From Lingula anatina (lineage: Eukaryota; Animalia; Brachiopoda): DNA of 64,000 nt. The notes beneath the pieces are model-generated. The model was given only the letters and a program-made list of their open reading frames with translations, was not told where the DNA came from and searched no databases. The position numbers and the translations under genes were made by a program. Within the stretch, counting starts at the first letter, position 1. Each line of letters begins with the position of its first letter. The DNA is taken from positions 53,794,788-53,858,787 of the forward strand of contig CM120640.1 of assembly GCA_051362555.1 (NCBI GenBank), in the 5' to 3' direction. Below are positions 39,443 to 53,089 of the stretch, piece by piece.

Positions 39443-42400
39443 ATGTCGGATGACGCATGGGGTAGGTGCTATTAAAGTAACCAATATTTTTGGTGTTTTC
39501 TTTTTGTTATTGGGACCGATTTTCTTTCTATAAATACAATCTCATGTATTCCAGATGCCGATGATTTCGATCCTGATAAGGGATTCGAAGCCGTAAAAGT
39601 GCCAGGAGTAAGTAACGACAAATGGGAGGGTGAAGATGAAGAGGACGCAGTCAAGGTGTGGAGAATACACAAGGAATTTGTGATCATTAGACCTACTCTA
39701 GAACAGTTTAGAGCAGTCTCTGTCACGTTAGAAAAATATAGTTAATAGTGCACTGACATCGAGCAACCGATTATGTCGATTTTGTGGTCTGGCAAATACG
39801 AAGTTAATTCATGTTTACAGCCGTGAATTTGACGAGTCTGCAACAGTAAATTCTTGCGTTAGAGATTTCAGGTAGTGTGTCCGCTCTAAGGCAGGGTGCT
39901 CTCCGATCTTTTTCTTACATCTTTTCTTACGTTTCACACTGCTGAGCCATGGTTGAAAGTGTTGAGAATAAGATGTGATTTTGCTTATCTACCATTTACA
40001 AGTCACTGTGAAATCATAAACCCTTTGAAGACAACATGTAAACAGGCGTCTGAGTGTGCAAAGTACCCCAGGATTTCTTTCTCACTCACAACAAACTCTC
40101 TTCTGATCTTATAGGTCAAGCAACTTGTGTTTTGCATAGTAGTGTTTTCCAATGGGTTGAAATCTCATGTCGAAATTTCACCAACTTAATTGGCACATTT
40201 GGAAGTCCATTTATAATTGATGATCTTCAACTGGTATGTGATCTTATAAGAGAAAAAAATGGTAGACGGCAGAAGAATCTTACCTTGTTCACAGTGCTGT
40301 CAACAAGGGAATTGGGTAGACTTTAGTAGTGTGTGACTTGAGGAGGTGAGAGGCAATAAAAGGATTTAAGAGCCTTTCACTGCATTTTTATCAATAAGCT
40401 TATTAGTAGGCATTAAAAGTTTTCTTATGCATGGATATTTCTATTGTAAAAGTGATAAATTGTTGTATTGTAGTGTATTCAGTAATACTGAACTTTAAAT
40501 TTGTAGTTTTATATCCATTTCATGAACAGCTTGGCCTTGAGCTTTCATTTGAGTAATTCAGTGTTTCACTAGAGAATCAGAGACCACCGTGATGGTATGA
40601 AGTCATTTAATGTATCTGTTCTAACAAGTGATATGTATTATTCTCTTCAGGAGAGCTGGGAAGATGAGGATGAAGAAAAAGTAGATCTCCAAACGACAGG
40701 TAGGATAAATCTGATTTCTGCACAAAGTGATTTTGAAAATCTTATTTTATCTGAAAGATCATGTGAAGCATTTTGTTTCAGGAGGTATAAATAATTTCTT
40801 GATTGGTGACTATTTGAATTGATCACATTAAAAACTTTTTTCTAACGCATGAGGAAGAACGCATGAGAAAGACAAGTTACTTAAAGAGTCTGCAGAAATT
40901 TTAACTGAAACTACTGTTTTCAAATGAAAATGAATTTGCCATATTAAATAAATAATCCTTAATTCCGTTTATCCTATGGTATTTGTGGTAGTGGCCCCCA
41001 AGAAAAAGAAAAAGACTGTGAAGGAAAAGATTGCAGAAAAAGAAGAAAAGAAGAGGTTGGAACATGAGGCAAGGATAAAAGCTGTAAGTTTCTGCTCAAA
41101 AGTGATTGTGGATGAAATTTAGTGCTTATGGAAGATTTAAGCACTTATATACATTAAAAGACAATGAGGTATACTGTTATCATGTTTTTGATAAATATCA
41201 AGTACTTAACCGCTTATGTAAGAGTTTCTTTCACTTTATGAATTCATTCAAAACACTTTCAAAACATATCAAGAGATTTATGTTCGTCATTTATTGATAC
41301 CAGACTTATTTTAACTATCTCGCAATTGTAAGCAGCTGGTCATGATCTCGAAACCAACTTTTATTACATGTTCTTTATAAGTTCTTAATGTTGCATAATG
41401 ATATTATTTTTTCCTGCAGTCTTTTACAATTTTCTAGTACTTTGAAACAAGAGGTTGATCAAATTCCAATCTCTATTGTAAATTTTTCTTTCTTTTGTGT
41501 AAATGTACTAGGCTTGTCCCAAAAAAGATCATAAAACAAAACTATTGCGTATTATAGTTGCTTTTTAGATAATAACAATTGAGGACCATTAATATTATGT
41601 TAATTTTGTAATTTATCCAGTCCTTCTTTCAGAATAGATATGCTGGTCTCTGTGTTTATTAATTTTTTTACTATTTTATTAAGATGGAGGCAATGACACC
41701 AGAGGAAAAATTAGCAGAAAAACTTAGACTCCAGAAACTGCAGGAAGAAGGAGATCTGGAGATAGCCAAGGAAACTTTTGGTAAGTCTTGTGGTAAATGA
41801 TATTGGAAGAGATGGTGGTTAAATGGAATTCTTGGGGGGCAGAGTATTAAAAGGTTTGAATACATGTTTGAAAATGTTCCAAAGTAATATTTTTGTTTTA
41901 AAATATCCTGCAAAACTACTTGCGTTTCCCAAATTTAGGTAAACCACCTCAAATAAAAGTACCTGATGTTGATGTTTTCTTGCAAAATGTTAGGAAGACA
42001 TGATTGTCTAAATGACACTTGGTTTGTTTAAAACTTAGGGCTAAGTTATTTAAAAAGAAATGGTACAAAAAATTGAATCTTAGTGCATGGATGGGTTGCG
42101 CAGTGATTTATGAGTAGGTGGAGGAATATGAATTTTGGCTTAAAATCCCATATTGAATAGATTTAATGTTAAATGTTCAGTCTGAAATGGTTTTGTAATT
42201 GATCTAATTGTGCGGTCAAAAATTGCTCCTTATTGAAAAATAATCCAAATAGTCCTGTTTTACATTACTCAGGCATGCAGCAAGGTCTTGGGAAGACGGG
42301 AATTGATGCTATGCACCCAGTGTCAAAAGATGAGTTTGAGGAATTCGAAAAAGCACTGAAGGATAAACTTATACAGTATGAAGTGAGTTTCTAATGTATC

Positions 42401-43270
42401 TTGATCAATTTGTATTTTCTACTTTGGTTTGTTATTCTTTTCTCTTTGGAACACCTTAAAAGCTATAGACAATTTCTTCAAATTTTATTTATTTTTGTAT
42501 ATCTATAATGTTTATAGTTTTCAGTGTGAGTCATGTTTTTCACTTTGTTTTTAATTATATCATGTGTCATATGCCAAAATACATAACAGTTTCCATACAT
42601 CTCACATTCCCTTTGTTCTTTTATTTTCAGAAATCTGCATTTTATGTAGCTTTTCTAGAAAATTTGTTTAGAGATGTCACTGCTGGATGTAAGTATTAAT
42701 GATCTTGAGGGACAATCATTATAAACTCTTATCTTATTTAACTCTTTTTAACTTGAGCATAGATGCACATGGAAGGAAACTGATTAATGAAAGTAATGTA
42801 GAATTCACTTATTTATGTATTAATGATTCTTTTCCAGTGGAGGTTGATGATGTAAAAAAATTAGCTAGCACATTGAATGCAATTTCAAATGAAAAGACAA
42901 AAGCAGAAAAAGTAAGTGATAGAGACTTTGAAGAATATTTGGCTTTAATTATTAATTATTGCAATAAAACAGCATTGGTATGTCTTAATGTGAAAGTAAA
43001 GTACTCTTTCCCCTGATAAATTGTATTACGACACATAGCGCTTCACTGTTTAATTTAGTGCTTCACTGTTTAATTTTTGTTTCACAGTTATATATAAATA
43101 TGTCTGCAGGGTACAGTTACATTAAGATATGTGTATCATTATTCAATTTGCAGGCCTTAAAAGGGAAGAAAAAGAAAAAAGCAAGTAGCCTTAATGTGGG
43201 ACGAGGAGATATAATGGACAGTATTGGTGCAGCTGATGATTATGGAGATGAATTTGATGATTTCATTTAG
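39443..43270 (+). CDS. EIF3J: Eukaryotic translation initiation factor 3 subunit J; exons ~39443-39461, 39555-39655, 40631-40699, 40992-41083, 41683-41780, 42272-42382, 42631-42688, 42837-42911, 43154-43270
   Basis: [33 protein letters not shown]; [30 protein letters not shown]; [15 protein letters not shown]; [15 protein letters not shown]; C-terminal [17 protein letters not shown]. Confidence 0.95.
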
Positions 43271-46093
43271 CACCAGATTAGATTGCCATTGATAAACTTT
43301 TTCAAGAAAATTCAGGGTTACTTAAAACATCAACTCTTTTGCCAGAAACAACCTGTAATACCTGGCTAAATTGGAAGTAATCACTAATGACTTTTCTGAA
43401 TTGATTTTTATAGGACAATTTTTATGAAGATATTTTTGGTAGATGGGGCAGCTATTTATACAATATATATATTCTCAAACACTGACTATGCTTGCAATTG
43501 ATTCCAACCAGCCTCATCGTTTCACAGTAAGATATATTGCTAGACTTCGCAGATTGAAAGTGAAAGTGACTGCCCTGTTAATTTGTATGCTTACAAATAT
43601 TCCGATATTTTGGTTTCTCTTTATAAAATAAGAAATTTTGGTTATATTAATGTAAGTGGGGGTTATAATAGTTTCAGATCAATGATTGAAATCCCAGTTC
43701 GGAAGTGCATGAAAGAAATGCAGGAGAATTTCCTGGCGACAATTTTCTGGTACTTCCTTGAATTTTACTAAACGAAGACGGTATTCTTTTTAGGAGAAAT
43801 GGGAGCATAAGAATGTCCATAATTGGAAGGTGTGTGCCTGGGTTTTCTTGATGACGCTATAAACCATATTTCATTTGTCTTCATAAGTGTTTGTGAAAAT
43901 GAAGTCTTCCTTAAACCATTTCTATAGACTTAGAATATTGTCCTGCAAAACTAACTGACCACATATGATATATAGAACATGGTCTAAACAAAAATGTTCA
44001 TCGACGAATTTTTGTGAAATTATTTGTTAAAACAAGTTAAAACGGCGTTTGAGCTGTTTTTCATTAATGTAATAAAACGTCTATTAAAGTCTGGAATAGC
44101 ATGTCAATTGTGGTTGTTGAGTTTGACGTCCTGGTGGTTGTGACCAGCTAAACGCGGGTGTGGAAATTAATGCCGAGCAGTGTATTATTAATTTTTTCAT
44201 CAATGTTATTCTTTCACATGTCGCATGGAAGTCCTATATTGAATATTCCATTTGAAGCGTGTCAATTTCAAAGTAAACATTTTGGTTCCTGCAAGTGATG
44301 AACATTATATGTGTCTGCCTGTTTTTTAACGGTTTTGCTCTGGAGATTTCGTTTGCATATAAAAAGGCACTTATGTGAGACACTGGTGCGGCAGTTGGAC
44401 AAAAAGAACTGTTGTTATGTCGTTCCTGTGCAGACAATAAACCCGACTTAATTCAACTGGTGAGATCGATTTAGAAATTACCTTGAAATTGATATCCACC
44501 TTGCTTACTAAAAGCAACCCTGAATCAATCAGCCTTTTTACCTGTCCTTTTTTATTGTAAACGACGGGGTATTTAGTGATTCCCCAGGTAGTAAAATTGG
44601 ATCCTCACTGCAAATTGCAGGTTCATACTTCGATCTTCTCTTCGTTATTATGTTTGTATGGAATCGGTAACTAAACAGAGCTTCAATAGGCTCCCATGTT
44701 TAATATTGACACTCTTAGTGATTATAATAGATCAGGAGACTTGGCAATGGTTGGTGTTAGAAACGCCATTGTTGACAGCCGTGTTAGTGTAAATGTTATT
44801 ATTGAATTGCGACATTCGATTTTCTGCTACTACACGAAAACTGCGTATCATTTAGGTTCTTTTGAGTCCCGCTAGTGGGCTGAAACCCGTTAACATGGAG
44901 AGAATTACCCACTCTTGCTTGTATCTACCAACTCTCAAGTATCAGCCCGCCCCCTGAAGAAATTGAAAGTTAAATCTTTAACTAAATTCCTTAATGCCTC
45001 TAGTGAAGTATGATTCTCCACCCTCTCCAAAACACAAGCATACGATTAGATAACTGTGCTTTTCAAAATTCACGTACAATCTGTTCGACATTTTTAAAAG
45101 ACAGAAAAGAAAAATATTTACGTAATAAGGTGAATAGGGTGAATATTTATGTCGAAAGGTGCTGACCACAGAAATTAACAATTACATTAACAAGATATGG
45201 AATAGTTTTCATCATCATTGAATATAATGCAAAATCGCTTCAAAACAAATAGGTAGACTCTTTATTCTACATAAATGATAAAGATTTATTCCAGACAAAG
45301 ATTGTTTTGCATAACTACATATCTTAACGATCAAAACAAAAGGGTCAGGAATAATTCATAAACTTCAATTAAGGTATCAATATTTCTACTTGTCGGGTGC
45401 AGCGAGCCGTGAAACTATATCCTTTACCTGATTTTAATAATGGAACACTCCAAGTGGCAACCAGTCGATCAGGGCAATGACGACAGCGACTACATCGACC
45501 CGAGAGACAAGGACCGCGCTGTGAAAAACGTCGTCTCTGGCAGATGTGTACGACTACTATACGAGTGCCACTGACACCGCACACGGGACGACTGGTGCCA
45601 TGACTCTATCGGTAAATTTGACGGAGTAAGGCGTCACTTAAGATTTAAGTTACAAAATTTCTGTTAGACTTTGTAAATAGTTCAGTGGATTTTGAGATAT
45701 CTTCCAGATGGACAATTTTACACTTTCGAAACAACAAGAGGGTCCACAGCTTGTTTTAAGTATCTAACTCACGTGTATAAGCCCACGAGTAGGTGTAGAG
45801 AGCAATGTGTAAACTCGGTATTCCTTCTTGGATTTCAACATTAAGAAAAGTTTTACTAGATAAGTAGGCACTTACAATCAGCTTCAAGTAACGCGTACCT
45901 TTAAGTCTCATCTCCTTTTCTACCGTTCTTTCTTAGGGGGAGCGTCGCCTGTGCTTCGTATTACAACGTGAATAGTCAAATGTACAAAACATATTGAAAT
46001 CCATCGCATTAAAACAGTTTTCACCAAAAAAGTACTGTCGCAGGACGGGAAGACACTGCCAGAAAGGACCACGGTCATTTCCTTCCTTTAAGC

Positions 46094-49000
46094 ATGGCCT
46101 TGGATAAAAAGAAGCGCGAAAATAAACGATTTGGGGACAAGAGGATTACGCTGAATATTGGTGGGCATAGGCATGAAACATGGCTGAGTACCCTGAAAAC
46201 CATTCCTGGAAGTCGTCTGTATCATTTGGCCAATATGCAAGAAGCAGATGAGAGTTACGACCCGGTGAATAAAGAATATTTTTTCGATCGTCATCCAATT
46301 GCGTTTGCCACCATACTTCAATACTACCGTGTTGGAGAGCTCCACATGGATCAGACCTTGTGCGGGAATGTGATGGATGATGTAAGTTGTTTTAATGAAT
46401 TATTTTGTTTTGTGCAGCCATTAGTTGCTTTCTATCTGAACGTTACCTGACCGTTTGTTTGTTTCGTTTTTCATATCGCCTAACGATACCTAATCACCTT
46501 CACTTACAGGATTGTTGCGCATCATGCTTACGGAAAATAAATTTCAATGTTAAGAATTTTTTCTGTATAGGACCAAATGCGTCTTAATAGTTGATATTAT
46601 GTTCTTTTCGAGCATTCTGAAGCTCATCTCGATAACCTGACAGTGGACACCGCACAAACTGATCAGTTTACCCTCTGATTATAAAGAATATGTTAAATAC
46701 GCTTAAAACACGAATTTAAAATTAAAATGCCACTATTTTATATATTGCTTCTACTCACCCTTTCATTTGTATGTTTTTATAAATCAGGCATGACTTATTG
46801 GCAATCTACTCAATTATTATGAATAGCTTACGCGCTGGTTCCTGTCCAAGTAATTAGTATATCGACAAACAGATTATGTCATGGCACCGTTTACCTACAA
46901 TTTATTATACACTTTTTATCACGGGAAAAAATTACTTCTTTTAAGCCATATGGTATCGACCTTATACAGAGACCCTTTAATCGGACTCGTGTGTACATTT
47001 CCCATTGCTTTTCTTATCGCAACAAATGATGGTCACGAAAAAATACTGTTTTGGACACAAGCAATTACTTTGGTATATATTTATAACTATTGAAAGAAAT
47101 TATTTAGAAGCACTGTATTTATTTCATTTCTATGAATCGGCATTCACGCAGGGCGCACCCTTCTTTCTTTTTTTTATCATTTCTGATTATATTTTTAATT
47201 CAGTTTTAACGCCTATTATATTAAGTGTATGGATATTCTAAAAAAAGTATCAACAGAAGTCACTCTTTTTTCACAGATAAACCCCGAAAGCACTGGACAG
47301 CTATTCTTGACTTTTTTCTTTATCTATATCTTTCATCTTTACAGTTTCCCGGATTTGCTGTAAAATACGTCAATGAAGTACACATTTATAGATATTTTTT
47401 TATTCTTAACCTCTGTGTGATGATAGATTAGTATAACATAATAGGGACATAATTTCATTAACGATAAGTACTTTGTGTTCCGATAGGAAGGTGACACTGG
47501 CTACGGTTCAGCTAAGTTATTAGAAAGATAACAGATAACCAGACATGGGTGAAGTATTTTCAAATAATCAGCTAAGCTTTATGTTCAGAGTCCCAAATGA
47601 ACAACAGCACATGAAAAGTATCTTGTTATTATTATTAGCTTTAGCATTTATTAAAGGTACACGGCAAAATGACCAACAACGGACACGTCCTGCGATCAAT
47701 GCCGTCCATTGAACGCAGATCTGTGGATCTGCTGTCTCCGGCTCAGTCATCCGAACGTATGTCCTACTAACCGCAGGGCACCAAGCATTCAATGCACACG
47801 TGGGAGACGGTTAAAACAAAGCCTGTGTCAGACAACGTAGTTAAACATCTCCCTGGTTAATCGAAAACAAACTGAACGTGTTTTTCAAGCCCTGAAGTTA
47901 ATCTCATTTTCTAACGTTCCCATCTTCTTTTTTTTTCCTCTTGTCTCGGCAAATATGTACTTTGACAAGATATATGTACAATCTTTTATCTAAATATTGC
48001 GCAATTTGCAAAGTTTACCTAACATTTGGAATAAAAGATTTATTTATGTGAAGATTTTGAGAGAGAGAGAGATCCTGTGCCATATCATTGACTTTAGTTT
48101 TACCAACTTTAAACATGATTGTCGAATATTCTTTTGTTAGTAAAATGTGCCCCAAAAACAAAATGATGCTTTGGCAGTCCTAATTACAATTGACTTTTTA
48201 TACGCGTAATTTTTCATTTTTGAATCTATTATCTCTAGATATTTGATAAGGTATATCCGACTTTAACACTCATACTTCAATCTGTGCGCGTGTTGAATGT
48301 ATTAATGACAGAAAACATTTATTCAAGACATTTCAATATTTGATAATACCGATTTAAGAAATTTGTTGATTCTTTACATATTTGAACAGAAAGAACATAG
48401 GCTGAGATTAAATTTACTAACTATAGATTTTTAATGTTTTTTTCAGAGACATTTGTGCAATGATTAGTAGAACAAAAGAAGTTGATTCTATATATCGACT
48501 GTTTAAATGTAATGAAACTTGTCAATACACGTATAACACAAGATATCTGTCCAAGATATCGTACAAACACACATCCACTTGAAAATATTTCGTGATATGA
48601 TGCTATAGGGCGTTTGGGCTACAAACAAAACACGATTTAAGTAAAGTGTACATGGTTTTTATTTTCCCTATACATTAAACGCCATGGTTTCTTGATTCAA
48701 AAGACGTTTCTTGCGGCGATAAGTAAGACTATTTTGAATGAAAGAGTGTCATATTCTCCTAATTTTTTTCGGATAATTTCTTTTTTCACACTTGCTCTGT
48801 TGTGTTGTGTTGTGTTGCATTGTGTTGTGTTGTGTTAGTTTGTTGACTACATTGATTCAGGCATACTCATTTTAATTAGTTTACCTATTGAATAAATAAA
48901 ATCGTTTAAGGTAGATCGGTCGTTACATGTTCCAACGTTCGAATTTTTTAAAAAATTTTTTTGTTTGAAGAGACACCCAAGTACATTAAAAATTTGCAAA

Positions 49001-52000
49001 AAAAATTTGGGGTCACCGACCAAATAAGAGAACTAGCCCCAAATATGATACACCCTGCATATCGCACTAGTCCCCATTCAAATCAATGGGAAAATGGGTG
49101 TTTTCTCACTAAAGCATTATTTTTTATGACTTTCTGACGTTCGAATTTTTAAAAAAATTTTTTTGTGTAAAGAGGCCTCCAAGTACATTTAAATTTTACC
49201 AAAAAAATTGGGGGTCACCGACCAAATAAGAGAACTACGCCAAGTTGAAGTGCGCTACACCCTGCGTGACGCACTAGTCCCCATTCTAATCAATGGGGAA
49301 ATGGGTGTTTTTCACCAAAACGTTATTTTTTATGATTTTTCTAACGTTTGAATTAAAAAAAAACTTTTTTGTGTAAAGAGGCATCCAAGTAGATTTTAAT
49401 TTTGCCAAAAAAGTTGGGGGTCACCGACCAAATAAGAGAAATACGCCAAGTTGAAGTGCGTTACACCCTGCGTGACGCACTAGTCGGAAGTCCCCATTCA
49501 AATCAATGGGAAAATGGGTGTTTTTCACTAAATCGTTATTTTTTATGATTTTTTTTTTAGTGTGTGTGTGTGTGTGTGAAGAGACATCTAAGTACATTTA
49601 AAACTTTCGTTATGTTTAACAGTTGAAGTGAGTATACTCAGCTATTTTCAGATTTGTCAAACTGATGAGAAGGTGTAAGCCATTAACTTTACATTGTACA
49701 ACAAAATTATTGAAGAGAATAATAAGGGAAATACTCATGCATATGAAAATAGTTTATTGCCGTTGTTATTTATTAATGAATATAACATGAACGTGACATC
49801 GTAAACACTGTGTTGTCAAGTAAAATGAAGCGTCTGATACAAAGTATCAAATGCGGCATTCACGTGCTTGCTTGCGGTGCGTTCAGTACACTTTGTTTAC
49901 ACTGACAAGTGAAGGTCAGAAGTGCACAATTTTTCTGTATAATATAACGCAGTTTCAATTTTGATTAGTGAATTTTCTTCAAGCTGTAGACCCTATGGCC
50001 ATTTTCTGAACATTTGTATAAGCTACGAAATATTTCTCAGTCCAAATTTCTCTAAGTCCAAATGAGTGGCGTTACGACGCACTTCCGGTTTTCGTCGAAA
50101 TCTAAACTACAGCAGCAGGGCGTTCTACCTCAAAATGTACGCAGCCGCTTTGATTGGAATTTACAACACTTATTCTTTACATGACATAGCACCTACGTGC
50201 ATAATTTGTGAGCTTTAGCTGTCATACATTTTCTAGTGCCAATTCAAATTGGAAAAGGAGCTATTACGACGATTTCTTGAAGGGCAAGTCTATAAACGTG
50301 CTAGATTTGTATGGAATCTTAGTCGACAAACGTTGTCGAAAATCTGTATCTATCATACAGAGTTACAGACAAGTTGATAATGTGTGTTTATCTTATAGAT
50401 AATTGTTTTATTTCCTTAAATTAATAAAACAGACTGAAGTGTCGTTAGAGACGATTGACGATGCGCTGAAATTGCGCAAATCGTCAAATTACGTAACGAC
50501 CGATCTACCTTAAGCGCATTTTGTTTTAATAATAAAATAACGCCCCCTAGTTTCCTTTTTTTCTCTCATGCAGAAAAAGCTTGCTATCGACCCGTATCCG
50601 ACGAAGCTAAATTCCAGCAAAATAATAGACTATTGTCAAGGAAGACAGAAAAAGTTGCCTTCGGTGACGGAAACCTGCCTCTGCGAAAATAAAGTTTTCT
50701 TCTAACGGTGACGGACATTTAGTCGCCTTTAAAAGCTAACATGGTGACACAAAAACACAAGGGATCACAGCTCTATTTTGACGGGAAATTACAATATTGA
50801 GGTGTAGTTCGACAGTGAGGTTATTCTGTGCAATACCTTTTTTATAAATCTAATTGCATCTTCTAGACTGTAAAGGAAAAATGTATGTAAAGTTTAAATA
50901 TGTTAATGATAATACATGCGATAGTTTATTGAGATTTATTAGGACGTTGTCACATTTGGCAATTCTGCGTACTACATTTGTTTTGGGCATGTAGGATGCG
51001 ATTATAGTACATCACAGCAAATACATTAAGATCTGAATCAAACACAAAGTCTGGCAACATTGAAAAGAATAAATCAAGAAATCTGATTCAGTTCGTGCGC
51101 GGCGTGCTATGCAGTTTCCGGATCCTGATTAGTGCATTCAACCTTCAAGCACTTTGTAACGTTTTATATTATAAAAATGTAGTAGCTCAGAGAAGACGGT
51201 CTCAGCATAGATCTAAATATAGCCAGGTAATTGACTGTTATTGTAACAACGTAACATATAAATTGGCAGTAGTTAGGGTGACAGATATACTTCACTGGTT
51301 TAGTTTTAATAATTCAAATGATAAACCTTCACCTGTACAACTCTCTTCCCAAAGGGCAAGTGACGGCCCAGGCTTGAGTTTATGACGTGTGCTCGTTCAT
51401 ATATAACTGACAGATTGAGTGTCAGCTAACTCATCAGTACGTGTAACCGTTCAGTGTTTAAAGAAAAATGACTCTGAACACATAGACATGCAGGAAAGAC
51501 GCGTCACCATCGCGTTCCAGCTGATCCCAATGGACCTTACTGTGGAGATGATTAAAGGTCAGATAGACAAGTAATATATTGATGAGATGTTGAAAATGCT
51601 TCAAATGCATTTCCTGAACCTGATTTCCAAGAATGATCAATTTACATTTTTGTTCGAGGTCGGTAAAATACGACCATGTTAACAGATGCGGTGATGAGAT
51701 GATACAAAAGCTCTGTTTTTAATGTGGGAATGCGTCGTCTGCACGCATACGCAACACCTGGTATTGCTTTTAGTGATTTATCTATAGTAACTGGCATACA
51801 CCCGAAATTTATAGACTTACAAGAGTATTGGGATTCTTGTGTAGGAGAAATATAGCCTAAAAAGGAGATTACATTAACATTAGTGACTTTTATGCATTGT
51901 TTGACCCCGGGGTTTTCTCCACTGGACTTTATTGTGTATATAATTATTTGATAGTTTTGCATTACTGCCAAAAATAAGAAGAAAGAAATGAAAAGTTAAA

Positions 52001-53023
52001 AAATACATATTGATTAAAAGATTATTCAAAGAATGTCAATCTCTGAAAATTTTCAAATCCCCTCGTCAATTGGTTGTTCCATTATATCTTTATTTTGACG
52101 TAAAACTCGTTGTCTGTTGAAGTGAGGCATTTTCTGATACGGTTTATTTTGTGAGAGAATAGCCTAGCAATTTAAAAGAGAAGGGCATTTGATATAGGGC
52201 CTGTGAAATAAAATTTCATATATTCACATATTTATAAAAGTTCGATTACATAAAACCCAATGCCTTGCCATTAAAACAGCGGATCTTAGCAAGTAACGAC
52301 TCTGTTTGTATTAAAAACTGCTAGTTTGCTGACTAAGTTAAATTGAAAGAAAATCCATGAGAAAAGTTGGGCCCAGCACTGAGATATGTGCAAGTTAAAT
52401 ACAGCCATGTTAAAAAGTACACCTGTGCGCAAATTAAGAACGTCATAATTGTGCAACGATCAATAAGCTTATCATCTTCACGATTTAAAGAACAAATAAT
52501 TCAATTTTGATTGAAAACGAACAAAGGGTGGGTGAAATAATAAAGCTGGACTTTTTTGATCTATATAGATTTCGCCCATACTGAAAAAAGATGTACTTAG
52601 TTCATCAATAAAACATCCGCAGTATCGACTATGTACATATCTGTGTTCATGCACCATGTAATAACTTCAATTAATTGCTCACGTGTGTGGTCAAACATGA
52701 TCCCGCCATTCACGCTCCGGTCAAACAAAATTAGACATGAATTTCGGAACATTGAATCAACTTTACTTGACGTACATAAAAAACTCTACTCCAATAATGT
52801 CATCCGTAAATAACTTATGATACAATTGGCCTAGAGCGCCACAGTGGCAAAAATCACATGAAAATCTATCCACCTATTTTTTGTACAACAAAGAAATAAT
52901 CTGATGTCAGTAATAGTCGATACTGCGTTTCCAGATTTAACCTAATGTAATTGAAAACTTTAAAAGAACAATTAATCAATCAGTGGTCAATGAGTGTAAT
53001 AATAAATATCCTAAACTACTAAT

Positions 53024-53089
<66 letters not shown>

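Noticed and set aside
48932-49605. Regularly spaced repeats that could be mistaken for a CRISPR array
   Set aside because: The whole ~205 bp unit is repeated with no unique spacers; eukaryotic context, no cas genes.
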